A stretch of DNA of 64,000 nucleotides, taken from Bacteroidales bacterium. Lineage in GTDB: Bacteria > Bacteroidota > Bacteroidia > Bacteroidales > UBA1556. The notes under the pieces are model-generated. The model ran no database searches. It was not told the DNA's origin and saw only the letters and a program-made list of their open reading frames with translations. The stretch covers positions 3,779-67,778 of the forward strand of contig JAMOQI010000082.1 of NCBI GenBank assembly GCA_027064095.1. Direction: 5' to 3'. Both the position numbers and the translations under genes were made by a program. Every line of letters starts with the position of its first letter. Positions within the stretch are counted from its first letter, which is position 1. This document shows, piece by piece, positions 10,403 to 19,847 of this stretch.

Positions 10403-10488
10403 ATTAATTATTGTTTAACTATTGCTCACAGCCCAAAACAAAGAGATTCTATTTTATAGAACGCTGTAGCAGTATAAATTAAGAAGAA

Positions 10489-10833
10489 ATGCCTAGATCA
10501 GTAAATGCAGTAGCATCGAGAAATCGCAGAAAAAGACTAATGAAATTGACCAAAGGTCAATTTGGTCGTAGAAGTAATGTATGGACGGTTGCCAAGAATT
10601 CTTGGGAAAAAGGTCAAACCTATGCCTACCGTGACAGACGAGTTAAAAAACGTAATTTTAGAGCACTTTGGATTCAGCGTATAAATGCTGGAGCACGTCA
10701 ATATGGAATGTCTTATTCTGTATTTATGGGTAAAATCCATGCTAAAGGAATTGATATCAACAGAAAAACTTTAGCTGACTTAGCGATGAATAATCCTGAA
10801 GCATTTAAAGCAATTGTTGATGCTCTTAAATAG
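10489..10833 (+). CDS. rplT: 50S ribosomal protein L20
   Basis: [34 protein letters not shown]. Confidence 0.97.
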   Translation: MPRSVNAVASRNRRKRLMKLTKGQFGRRSNVWTVAKNSWEKGQTYAYRDRRVKKRNFRALWIQRINAGARQYGMSYSVFMGKIHAKGIDINRKTLADLAMNNPEAFKAIVDALK

Positions 10834-10851
10834 AGTCCTATCTTTTTTTAT

Positions 10852-10886
10852 AGGCTGCTTTCCATGTGGGATAGCAGCCTTTTTTG
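10852..10886 (+). terminator. intrinsic terminator of the thrS-infC-rpmI-rplT unit
   Basis: Stem aggctgct (10852-10859) pairs with agcagcct (10873-10880), followed by a T-run. Confidence 0.7.
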
Positions 10887-10943
10887 TTTTATCTGTAATC
10901 TAATTGAATTATTATAAATAGCGTTTTTTGACGAAAATGCTAT

Positions 10944-10984
10944 GTAAAAATAAAGCCCCAATAATCAGATATTAATGGGGCTTT
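10944..10984 (-). terminator. intrinsic terminator after CDS 11006..11737
   Basis: Stem aaagcccca (10952-10960) pairs with tggggcttt (10976-10984). The tail is T-rich when read on the minus strand. Confidence 0.55.
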
Positions 10985-11005
10985 ATTATGTTTGCTGTTA
11001 TTTTG

Positions 11006-11737
11006 TTATCTATGTATTATTATCTTTTTTGATTCAATCTTTCTTCCATCAACAATAATATTATAGAAATATATGCCATTTTTTATATTAGAAATATCAA
11101 TAGTTGCTCTATTTGAGTTTGTGGAAATTTCTTGGGAATTTATCAAACTACCTATAATACTTAATATCTCAATTTTGGCATTTTTAGCATTTTTAAAATC
11201 ATAATTAATATTGAAATTATTAGTAGCAGGGTTAGGGTAGGCGTTAGAAACGGAATACTCATAGCTAACATCATTTATGCCAACTCCACTTCCAGCTACA
11301 TATTCAGCATAGAATTCAACTTTATCTGATGGATTTGCTGCATCGAAGAAAGAATATTTGATAATAGATTTACCAATATGTCCATATGAGTCATAATCAC
11401 CTGAAAATCCTTTCTCAGTGTATTTAGAATCCATCTTTATAGAATCAATTGAAACATATATTGATGTGTCATAGCAGTTTCCCCAGCAAAAATAATTCTC
11501 AGAACCACTAATAGTACTTATCTCTGTACGCATTGCTTTTACATATTTTGTAGTTGTTGCATTATTTGTTACCCATACAATAAGATTAAAACTTGTATTA
11601 GCATCAACATCAACTAATGTAATTGTGTCTCCGTTACCTATAGGGTTACCATATTTCGTTACTAAGGAAAAACTTTGTGCAGAGCTGATAAGCCCGAACA
11701 ATAAAGTGAAAATAGTTGTAATGTATAATTTCTTCAT
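11006..11737 (-). CDS. secreted protein with a T9SS type A C-terminal sorting domain
   Basis: Signal peptide MKKLYITTIFTLLFGLISSAQ. C-terminal AYPNPATNNFNINYDF...GIYFYNIIVDGRKIESKKIIIHR is a typical Por secretion tail. Confidence 0.7.
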   Translation of the reverse strand: MKKLYITTIFTLLFGLISSAQSFSLVTKYGNPIGNGDTITLVDVDANTSFNLIVWVTNNATTTKYVKAMRTEISTISGSENYFCWGNCYDTSIYVSIDSIKMDSKYTEKGFSGDYDSYGHIGKSIIKYSFFDAANPSDKVEFYAEYVAGSGVGINDVSYEYSVSNAYPNPATNNFNINYDFKNAKNAKIEILSIIGSLINSQEISTNSNRATIDISNIKNGIYFYNIIVDGRKIESKKIIIHR

Positions 11738-11872
11738 TATAAAATATTATTTATGTGTGTTAAATTGATAATACAAAGATAGTTAATAATATTTAGATTG
11801 GTGATTATAAATCAACTAAAAAATAAAAAAAACGTTAAATATATATTCATGCATCATCTGACAGTGGGATAT

Positions 11873-11910
11873 AAAAAAAGGTTGCTCATCAGAGCAACCC
11901 ATTTTTATTT
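11873..11910. terminator. bidirectional hairpin terminator downstream of CDS 11927..13951
   Basis: Stem ggttgctc (11880-11887) pairs with gagcaacc (11892-11899), flanked by an A-run and a T-run. Confidence 0.6.
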
Positions 11911-11926
11911 AAATGTTAGATAAAAA

Positions 11927-13951
11927 TTATTTAACAGTTAATTTTTTAGTAGTAATAGTTCCATTAACATTAACTTGTACCATATAGATACCTTGTGCAA
12001 GTTCAGAAATATTAATTTTTTGTATTTTATTACCAGCAGATAAATTACCTAAATCAGCAGATAATACTGTTTGACCAATATTATTGATAATAGAATAAGA
12101 AACATTAGAGTTTTCTGCTAATTCCATATTAATGTTGAATTGGTTTTCTGCAGGATTAGGATAAACACTTACAGAATTATTTGCTATAGGTGTTTCAATT
12201 CCTACAGTAGTACTATTATAAATGTTAATATTGTCGAAATATAAGTTATTACCATAGTCAGAGATAGCTTTAAAAGAAATAATAACATCAGATTTGCCAT
12301 CAAAAGCACTTAAATCAATATTTACACTTGCCCATTGTGTAGCATCAGGGAAGAAATTACCATTACTAACAGGAGCTGTAGTTTTAAGGTCATTACCTGA
12401 TTTATCCCATACTGTTGTCCAAGATCCACCACAGTTGTCAGAAACACGAATTTGAAATCTGTCATTTTCTGAAGAATATTGAGCGTAAGCGTAATCGAAC
12501 TTTATACCATAACCGGTATTAGAAGAGAAATCCATTTTATGGAACATTAAATCTACAGATTTTCCGGCATCAATACCATAAAAGTTTACAATATAACTTG
12601 AAGTGGATGCAGCATAAGCACCAAGCTCATTAGTTAAACCGGTAACGCCATCTTTAGTGATAGTAAATGCTGGCTCACTGGTTGGGTTTATAATGATTGT
12701 AGAATCAATTCTTGTAGAGAAAGTTGCATAGCTTTCAAAATCTTCAGTATAAGTAGTACCAATAGTAGCTGCAGGCATCACATAGAATTGAGGCATTCCA
12801 CTTAAATTATTTCCTGTCTGGATATCAATAAGATGAACGCAATTGTCAACGTCAACTTTAAATCCTAATTCATTAGATGAACCTGATAAAGTTAAAGAAG
12901 GGAAAGTAATAAAAGTACTATCACCCGCATTTAATGTAGTATAAACAGCTTGAGTAACAGGAGTTCCATTATTATATGTATAACTAACTTGGAAAGTATC
13001 TGCATTTATTGTGCTAGAATTATTTTTTACCCAAACCATAGGAGTAACACTAGTTCCACAAAGAGCTGGAGTTATAGTAGCAGTTTTTACACTTAAATCC
13101 ACAAGGTTAACACCTGCAGGAGTTACATAATTTATAGTTGATTTATTTGCAGAGATAATTTCTTGATTATTTTCTGCAATAAAGGCAATAACTTCTAGAT
13201 TTCCTAATTCCATTGGTACGCCGTTAATGTCATTAGGTACATTGTAAGTATATGTACGAGCGAAGAAAGTTCCTTGAGATGTTGTATCAATAGTAGCACC
13301 CCATTGTCCAGTTACTAATTCTCGTAAAATATGCATATGGTTATACATTCCATTAGCAAGTACTTGTCCTGGATTTTTTGAAGCTCCAACTTGTGGACCT
13401 TCAACATTATTTTGAAGAACAGCAACATTTAATTTCATTGTAGATGGAGCTCCACTTCCTGTGAAATAACCTTCTACATAAATTGTCATTACTCTGGTAC
13501 TTAAATTAATGGAAGTACTTGCTGCTAAATTAACATAAGAAGCCTGTCCTAATATAGTAGTTGTTGCAGCAGACCAGTTACTTCTGCTCATTGCAGTACC
13601 TGTACCTTGTGACATTCCACTAAAAAGGTGTCTGTTGATTGTTCCTGCTGGATATCCTTGCAAGTCAGTTTGACCTTTAATAGCACTACCATAATTTGTT
13701 CTAAAATCTGGTTCGCCGGCACTAGGAGTTGCATATCCACCTACGTGAATGTTTATTGCGAAGAAATCATTTTGATGAGCAGCTTCGATTTGGTTAGAGA
13801 TTAGGTGTCCTGCCGGGCACCAAGTACAGTGAATTCCTGTGAATTCTTCTAATACTGCTTTTTTATTTTGTGCTGTTGTATCAACAATTGTTTGAGCTGC
13901 TAAACTAAAACCCGCTAAAATAAAAAGTACTAAAATGTTAAATTTTTTCAT
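11927..13951 (-). CDS. Omp28-related thioredoxin-fold surface protein with a T9SS type A C-terminal domain
   Basis: The start is placed at the ATG giving signal peptide MKKFNILVLFILAGFSLAAQ. LEEFTGIHCTWCPAGH is a CxxC motif typical of Omp28-related proteins. The C-terminus VYPNPAENQFNINMEL...GIYMVQVNVNGTITTKKLTVK is a T9SS tail. Confidence 0.7.
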   Translation of the reverse strand: MKKFNILVLFILAGFSLAAQTIVDTTAQNKKAVLEEFTGIHCTWCPAGHLISNQIEAAHQNDFFAINIHVGGYATPSAGEPDFRTNYGSAIKGQTDLQGYPAGTINRHLFSGMSQGTGTAMSRSNWSAATTTILGQASYVNLAASTSINLSTRVMTIYVEGYFTGSGAPSTMKLNVAVLQNNVEGPQVGASKNPGQVLANGMYNHMHILRELVTGQWGATIDTTSQGTFFARTYTYNVPNDINGVPMELGNLEVIAFIAENNQEIISANKSTINYVTPAGVNLVDLSVKTATITPALCGTSVTPMVWVKNNSSTINADTFQVSYTYNNGTPVTQAVYTTLNAGDSTFITFPSLTLSGSSNELGFKVDVDNCVHLIDIQTGNNLSGMPQFYVMPAATIGTTYTEDFESYATFSTRIDSTIIINPTSEPAFTITKDGVTGLTNELGAYAASTSSYIVNFYGIDAGKSVDLMFHKMDFSSNTGYGIKFDYAYAQYSSENDRFQIRVSDNCGGSWTTVWDKSGNDLKTTAPVSNGNFFPDATQWASVNIDLSAFDGKSDVIISFKAISDYGNNLYFDNINIYNSTTVGIETPIANNSVSVYPNPAENQFNINMELAENSNVSYSIINNIGQTVLSADLGNLSAGNKIQKINISELAQGIYMVQVNVNGTITTKKLTVK

Positions 13952-13984
13952 GGTGTTTAATTTGATTTGTAATTTATTAAAGCG

Positions 13985-13992
13985 CAAATATA
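13985..13992 (-). promoter_or_regulatory. candidate -7 box (TATATTTG on the minus strand) for CDS 11927..13951
   Basis: The plus strand reads caaatata, and the box lies 33 nt upstream of the chosen ATG. This supports the shorter start. Confidence 0.35.
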
Positions 13993-14426
13993 ACAAAAAG
14001 CATATGTTATCCATATTAAAGTGAAAAAAAATATTTTTTTTAATTGTTAAATATAGATAATTTGACAATTTTACTAAATTAAAGAGGATAAACTACTAAG
14101 TTTCTTCTTTTTGTTAAATTTTTTTTAGCAATTATAATTGTACTTGTATAGGCTTGCTATATTTTTTATCACTTATTTGAGTGTTTATGAAATAAATACC
14201 ACTTTCAGCAAACGTATAGGAGCTTTGATCAAAACTGATTGTTGTTAATAATATTGCAAATAAAATAAAAGTAATTTTTTTTATTGTGTAAATAGGTTTA
14301 GTGGAAAAATATATGTACTAGAGATAGTATTTTCTTTAGAATGGAATACAATTTGTTAAATATTTATAATTGATTTTTATTATTTTCGCAGCATGTTTTT
14401 TTTATAAAAAATTTAAACTTACACAC

Positions 14427-14942
14427 ATGAAAAAATTTAATGCTATAATAGCAATTGTAATAGTTGCTTTTATAATGTCTTTTACCACAGATAATAAAAG
14501 AAGGATTCCAAAAGTGGATGTGAAAACTCTAGATGGTAAAATGATTAGTACATCAACTTTTAATAATGATGGTAATCCAATGATTATTAGTTTTTGGGCC
14601 ACATGGTGTAAGCCTTGTGTGCAAGAATTAACAACTATAGCAGATGTATATGAAGATTGGCAGGATGAAACTGGAGTGAAGTTAATTGCAATCTCAGTTG
14701 ATAATTCTAGAACTTCTGGTGGAGTGATGCCTCTAATAAATGGAAAAGACTGGGATTACGAAGTATATTTAGATGAGAATGGGGATTTTAAAAGAGCAAT
14801 GGGCGTTAATTTAGTACCTCATACTTTTTTAGTTAATGGGAAAGGGGAAATAGTCTGGGAACATACTTCTTTTACTGAAGGATCTGAATTAGAGCTTATT
14901 GAACTTGTAAAGAAGTTGAAAAACGGAGAAGAAATTAAATAA
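14427..14942 (+). CDS. TlpA-family periplasmic thiol-disulfide oxidoreductase (redoxin)
   Basis: N-terminal anchor MKKFNAIIAIVIVAFIM, active site FWATWCKPC, thioredoxin-fold length. Confidence 0.85.
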   Translation: MKKFNAIIAIVIVAFIMSFTTDNKRRIPKVDVKTLDGKMISTSTFNNDGNPMIISFWATWCKPCVQELTTIADVYEDWQDETGVKLIAISVDNSRTSGGVMPLINGKDWDYEVYLDENGDFKRAMGVNLVPHTFLVNGKGEIVWEHTSFTEGSELELIELVKKLKNGEEIK

Positions 14943-14978
14943 TTCATATATTTTATTAGAAATAATATCTTTTTCTTT

Positions 14979-16622
14979 ATGACAAAATTTATACAACTTA
15001 TTCTTATAGCATGTTTTGTTTTTTTTATTAATAACACTTTTGCTCAAGTACTGGGTGGAGGAGAAGTACATGGGAGCTTTCAGGCTGATGCTCAGTATTA
15101 TAAAAAGGATAGTACAATAGGGGCAGAGGATATTCCTGAGAACCTGGCTTCAAATTCATTTTTTGAGATGCGATATTCAAATAAAAATTTTGAGGCAGGA
15201 ATACGTTATGAACTATTTATGCCTCAGATGCAGGGTTATGATTCTCGTTGGAAAGGTAATGGCTTTGGATATAGATTTTTGCGTTATCGTAATGATAAAG
15301 TAGATATTACTGCCGGTAATTTCTACGAACAATTTGGTACAGGAATGATTTTACGATCATATCAAGAATGGAATTTAGGTTTTGATAATTCTTTTGATGG
15401 AGTGAGAGTAAAATATAAAATGAAAGCACTTACTATTACTGGTTTAATTGGTAAACAAAGGTATTACTGGGATTTAGGCCCCGGCTTAGTTAGAGGTATT
15501 GATGGGCAACTGTCAGTTAATGATCTTTTTAAGGGATTTAATGATTCTAAAACTAGAGTCTTTATGGGATATAGTTTTGTAAGTCGATATCAAACAGATC
15601 AAGACCCAATATTTAAGTTACCTGAGAATGTTGCTGCAGAAGCTGCAAGATTAGAGCTATATAGAGGTGGTTTTAATTTTAAATTCGAAACTGGTTGGAA
15701 GATTAATGATCCAAATGCTTCCAATAATATGATTTATAAAAGTGGAAATGCTGTATTAGCTGAATTTGGTTATTCCAGAAAAGGACTTGGATTTACTTTG
15801 CAAGCCGAGAGAGTTGATAATATGGATTTTCGTTCTAATCGCACTTCTACAGGATTTGATTTGCCGGTAGGTTATATTCCTGCAATGACACGTCAACATG
15901 CATATAGCCTTGCTGCTTTTTATCCTTACGCTTCCCAAGCTAACGGACAAATGGGATTGCAAGCTACTTTTATTTATAAATTAAAGAAAAAGACCGCTTT
16001 AGGTGGTAAATACGGTACAAGTATTAATGCTAATTATTCAATATCAAATTCTATTTATAAGGAGAAAGTTAATGATTCTACAACAATTGGTCAATCTGGT
16101 ACCTTAGGTTATAAATCTAAGTTTTTTAAACTAGGTGATGAGAAATATTATTCGGATTTTAATATTAAGATACATAGAAAGCTTAGTAGAAAGTGGGATG
16201 TCTCTTTAATGTATATGAATGTATTCTATAATATGCAGATTAATGAAGGACATGCAGAACCTAATGTTTATGCAAATATTGGTATAGTTGATGTTTGGTG
16301 GAAGTTTAAACCATATCATTCGTTACATCTTGAGACTCAAGCTATGTTTACAAAGCAAGATGAAGGAAATTGGATGTCCGGAATGTTAGAATTTAATAAT
16401 CATGGATTTTTCACTGCTCTTGTTGTTCTTTATAATCAAGGTATTGCAGGACATAATGACTCTGCATTATACCCATTTATCACTGCTGGTTACACTCATA
16501 AGTCAACTAGGATTAGTGTAGGATATGGACGACAAAGAGAGGGTATTGTTTGTGTTGGAGGAGTTTGTAGGGCAGTACCTGCTTCCAATGGGCTTTCCCT
16601 AACAATTAATAGTAGCTTTTAG
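14979..16622 (+). CDS. outer-membrane beta-barrel protein (DUF6029-like)
   Basis: Signal peptide ending NNTFAQ, alternating beta-strand pattern throughout, and a C-terminal aromatic residue (..LTINSSF). The DUF6029 assignment is from memory. Confidence 0.65.
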   Translation: MTKFIQLILIACFVFFINNTFAQVLGGGEVHGSFQADAQYYKKDSTIGAEDIPENLASNSFFEMRYSNKNFEAGIRYELFMPQMQGYDSRWKGNGFGYRFLRYRNDKVDITAGNFYEQFGTGMILRSYQEWNLGFDNSFDGVRVKYKMKALTITGLIGKQRYYWDLGPGLVRGIDGQLSVNDLFKGFNDSKTRVFMGYSFVSRYQTDQDPIFKLPENVAAEAARLELYRGGFNFKFETGWKINDPNASNNMIYKSGNAVLAEFGYSRKGLGFTLQAERVDNMDFRSNRTSTGFDLPVGYIPAMTRQHAYSLAAFYPYASQANGQMGLQATFIYKLKKKTALGGKYGTSINANYSISNSIYKEKVNDSTTIGQSGTLGYKSKFFKLGDEKYYSDFNIKIHRKLSRKWDVSLMYMNVFYNMQINEGHAEPNVYANIGIVDVWWKFKPYHSLHLETQAMFTKQDEGNWMSGMLEFNNHGFFTALVVLYNQGIAGHNDSALYPFITAGYTHKSTRISVGYGRQREGIVCVGGVCRAVPASNGLSLTINSSF

Positions 16623-16658
16623 TTTTTTGGACAATTATAAGAAAAGGATTTAATAAAA

Positions 16659-17543
16659 ATGCAAATAATGAATAAGAATATATTAATAAGTGTATTAGTT
16701 GTTTTTGTCAGCTTAATGATAACAACATCCTGTGATAAAATATCTGAGCCGTATATGGAAAAAGGTTCTTCTGGAGTAACAGGAGATACTGTTAGAAAAT
16801 TATTATTTGAAGACTTTACCGGTCATGAATGTGTAAATTGTCCTTCTGCACACAAAACTATAGAAGATTTACAGGGTATTTATGGTGATAGGATAATTGT
16901 TATGGCAGAACATGTAGGATTTTTTGCAAGACCAAAAGCTGCCCCTTTTGACTATGATTTTAGAACAACAGAGGGTGACGATATTGCTACTGTTTTTGGT
17001 GCTATTAGTGCACCTCTTCCAAAAGGAATGGTTAATAGAACTAAGCAAAATGGTGATTATCTTCTTGATAGAGCGGCATTTGCAACAGCGGTTAGTTTGG
17101 TGCTCGATTCAATGCCAGAATTACCTGATGTTTATATCGAATTAGATCCTTCCTATAATTCTACAGACAGTACCATAGATGTTGACATAAAATTAAGTGT
17201 TTTAAATAATTTGCCTTCAGGGAAATATAATATTGCTGTTATGGTTACAGAAAGTAAGATTATTCAAGCTCAAAAAAATAATGATGCTGCTGTTGGTGAT
17301 GTGCCTGAAATCCTAGATTATGAGCATAATCATGTTTTAAGAGGAGCTATTAATACTACCTGGGGTGAGGAATTTGCTGATGGAGCACTGAGTAATGGGC
17401 AAATCTTTAATAAAAGCTACTCAGGATATAAGATTGGGAAAGATTGGAATCCTAATAATTTAAGTATAGTAGCGTTTGTTTATTATGCTGATGGTAGCAT
17501 GGCAAATGTTGTAATACAGGCAGAGGAAGTAAATTTGAAGTAG
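16659..17543 (+). CDS. Omp28-related thioredoxin-fold lipoprotein
   Basis: Lipobox-like LMITTSC. LFEDFTGHECVNCPSAH is a CxxC motif paralogous to the one in CDS 11927..13951. Confidence 0.7.
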   Translation: MQIMNKNILISVLVVFVSLMITTSCDKISEPYMEKGSSGVTGDTVRKLLFEDFTGHECVNCPSAHKTIEDLQGIYGDRIIVMAEHVGFFARPKAAPFDYDFRTTEGDDIATVFGAISAPLPKGMVNRTKQNGDYLLDRAAFATAVSLVLDSMPELPDVYIELDPSYNSTDSTIDVDIKLSVLNNLPSGKYNIAVMVTESKIIQAQKNNDAAVGDVPEILDYEHNHVLRGAINTTWGEEFADGALSNGQIFNKSYSGYKIGKDWNPNNLSIVAFVYYADGSMANVVIQAEEVNLK

Positions 17544-17680
17544 ATAATTTTCTCTTATAACTGAATTTTTAATGAGTGACAGTTATTATCATGATATACT
17601 GATTGGCGATATTTCTAATAATCCACCTATATACGTTGAAAAATATATTTTTTTTGTATTAGAATTTGGTAATGAAGACT

Positions 17681-17688
17681 TATTTTTG
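17681..17688 (+). promoter_or_regulatory. candidate -7 box TATTTTTG for parE
   Basis: TAnnTTTG match ending 18 nt upstream of ATG 17707. Confidence 0.3.
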
Positions 17689-17706
17689 CACAAATAATAA
17701 TAGACT

Positions 17707-19563
17707 ATGGCAGAGGCGCAATATAATGAGGATAGTGTAAAATCATTAGACTGGAAAGATCATATTCGATTACGTCCGGGTATGTATATTGGTAAATTAG
17801 GTGATGGAGCATCTCCTGATGATGGAATATATGTTCTTATAAAGGAAGTTTTGGATAACTCTATTGATGAGTTTATCATGGGTAATGGTCGTCAGATAAT
17901 TATTGATATTGTAGGTAGAGAGGTTACTGTAAGAGATTATGGAAGAGGAATACCATTGGGTGCATTAGTAGATTGTGTTTCTAAAATTAATACGGGAGCA
18001 AAATACGATTCTAAAGTTTTTAAGAAAACAGTTGGGCTTAATGGTGTAGGTACTAAGGCCGTAAATGCTCTTTCAGAGTCATTTATTGCTCAATCTTTCC
18101 GTGAGGGGAAGTCCAAACTTGTTGAGTATAAGTCTGGAATTCTGGTAAGGGAAGAGGATTTTGATGCTCCTGATGAGAAAAATGGGACACTTATAAAATT
18201 TATTCCTGAAGAAAATATTTTTACTGGATATAAGTATAGGTTTGAGTATGTTGAGAAATTGTTATGGAATTATGCATATTTGAATAAAGGGCTAATTTTA
18301 AAATTTAATGGTGAAAAGATTCAATCAAAGAACGGATTGCACGATTTGTTGGATCAAAATATAGATGATGGCATAATTTATCCAATAATACATTTAGAAG
18401 AAGGAGATTTTGAATTTGCATTTACTCATGCATCTAAAAAGTATGGTGAAGAATATTATTCTTTTGTAAATGGTCAACATACTACTCAAGGTGGTACTCA
18501 TCAAGCGGCATTTAGAGAGGCTATTGTAAAGACTGTTAGAGATTTTTATAAAAAAGACTTTGATGCAAGTGATATTAGAACTTCAATAGTTGCTGCATTT
18601 AGTATTAAAATTCAAGAGCCTGTTTTTGAATCACAAACTAAGACTAAATTAGGTTCTCAGCATATAGAGCCAGGTGGACAAACTGTGAGAAATTATGTTC
18701 ACGATATTGTAAAGAGAAATTTGGATAACTATTTTCATAGAAATCCTGATATTACAGAGGCTTTACGTGCTAAAATATTGCAGTCGGAAAAAGAAAGAAA
18801 AGAAATGGCCGGCATTAAAAAGCTTGCCAGAGAGAGTGCAAAAAAAGCAAGTTTACATAATAAAAAGCTTCGTGATTGCAGGGTCCATTATAATACGAAT
18901 AAAGAATTACGTTTAGAATCTACAATATTTATTACAGAGGGAGATTCTGCATCTGGTTCTATTACTAAGTCTAGAGATGTTAATACGCAAGCTGTTTTTA
19001 GTCTTAAAGGAAAACCATTGAATTCGTATGGACTTAGTAAGAAAATAGTTTACCAAAATGAAGAATTTAACTTGTTGCAAACAGCATTAAATATTGAAGA
19101 AGATCTTGATAATTTAAGATATAACTATATTGTTATTGCTACTGATGCTGATACTGATGGAATGCATATTAGGTTGCTTCTGATGACATTCTTCTTGCAG
19201 TTTTATCCAGAGTTGGTAAAATCAGGACATGTTTATATTTTGCAGACCCCACTTTTTAGAGTTAGGAATAAAAAAGAAACATATTATTGTTATTCTGATA
19301 AAGAAAGGGTAGATGCTGTTAAGAAAGTTGGTGCACAGGCCGAGATTACAAGATTTAAAGGTCTTGGAGAAATTTCACCAGACGAATTCAAGCACTTTAT
19401 TGGTAAGTCAATGCGCTTAGATCCTGTTATTCTTAATAAAGAATCAGGAATAGAGAAGGTGCTGTCATTTTATATGGGTAAAAATACTCCGGATAGACAG
19501 TTTTATATAATGGAGAACCTTCGCCATGAAGAGAATAAGCCTGAGGTGTTAATTTCTACTTAG
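17707..19563 (+). CDS. parE: DNA topoisomerase IV subunit B (type IIA topoisomerase ATPase subunit)
   Basis: [12 protein letters not shown] ATPase motif [15 protein letters not shown], Toprim motifs FITEGDSA and [11 protein letters not shown]. At 618 aa it is the short ParE-type form, not GyrB. Confidence 0.88.
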   Translation: MAEAQYNEDSVKSLDWKDHIRLRPGMYIGKLGDGASPDDGIYVLIKEVLDNSIDEFIMGNGRQIIIDIVGREVTVRDYGRGIPLGALVDCVSKINTGAKYDSKVFKKTVGLNGVGTKAVNALSESFIAQSFREGKSKLVEYKSGILVREEDFDAPDEKNGTLIKFIPEENIFTGYKYRFEYVEKLLWNYAYLNKGLILKFNGEKIQSKNGLHDLLDQNIDDGIIYPIIHLEEGDFEFAFTHASKKYGEEYYSFVNGQHTTQGGTHQAAFREAIVKTVRDFYKKDFDASDIRTSIVAAFSIKIQEPVFESQTKTKLGSQHIEPGGQTVRNYVHDIVKRNLDNYFHRNPDITEALRAKILQSEKERKEMAGIKKLARESAKKASLHNKKLRDCRVHYNTNKELRLESTIFITEGDSASGSITKSRDVNTQAVFSLKGKPLNSYGLSKKIVYQNEEFNLLQTALNIEEDLDNLRYNYIVIATDADTDGMHIRLLLMTFFLQFYPELVKSGHVYILQTPLFRVRNKKETYYCYSDKERVDAVKKVGAQAEITRFKGLGEISPDEFKHFIGKSMRLDPVILNKESGIEKVLSFYMGKNTPDRQFYIMENLRHEENKPEVLIST

Positions 19564-19791
19564 TACATATTATCTATTTTATAGAATTATATTACCCCCA
19601 GTTATTTAGTTGATATTCAATAAATTAATAAGTGTGATTTTAATTCTCATAACTTTTTACAATTAGAATTTAATCTTTATACATATGTTACGCCGAAAAA
19701 AAATTGAAATATTAAGATATGTCGGTAGGTTGTATCTACATAAAGCTAAAACCATAAAAAATATGTATTAGAATTAATTTTTAACAACAAT

Positions 19792-19830
19792 AAAAAAAGC
19801 TGAATTTTAATAAATATTAATTCAGCTTTT
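19792..19830 (-). terminator. hairpin terminator downstream of CDS 19848..21941
   Basis: agctgaatt (19798-19806) pairs with aattcagct (19819-19827). The A-run on the plus strand gives a T-tail on the minus strand. Confidence 0.5.
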
Positions 19831-19847
19831 CCTTTGATGTAAATTAT

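Noticed and set aside
13952-14068. 39-codon N-terminal extension of the Omp28/T9SS ORF as listed (start at 14068)
   Set aside because: The extension has no signal-peptide character, whereas the internal ATG at 13951 yields a textbook signal peptide and has a TAnnTTTG box 33 nt upstream. The same logic was used to trim the ORFs listed at 6399, 10199, 14370, 28479, 28874, 31252, 35623 and 44689, most of which begin at TTG.
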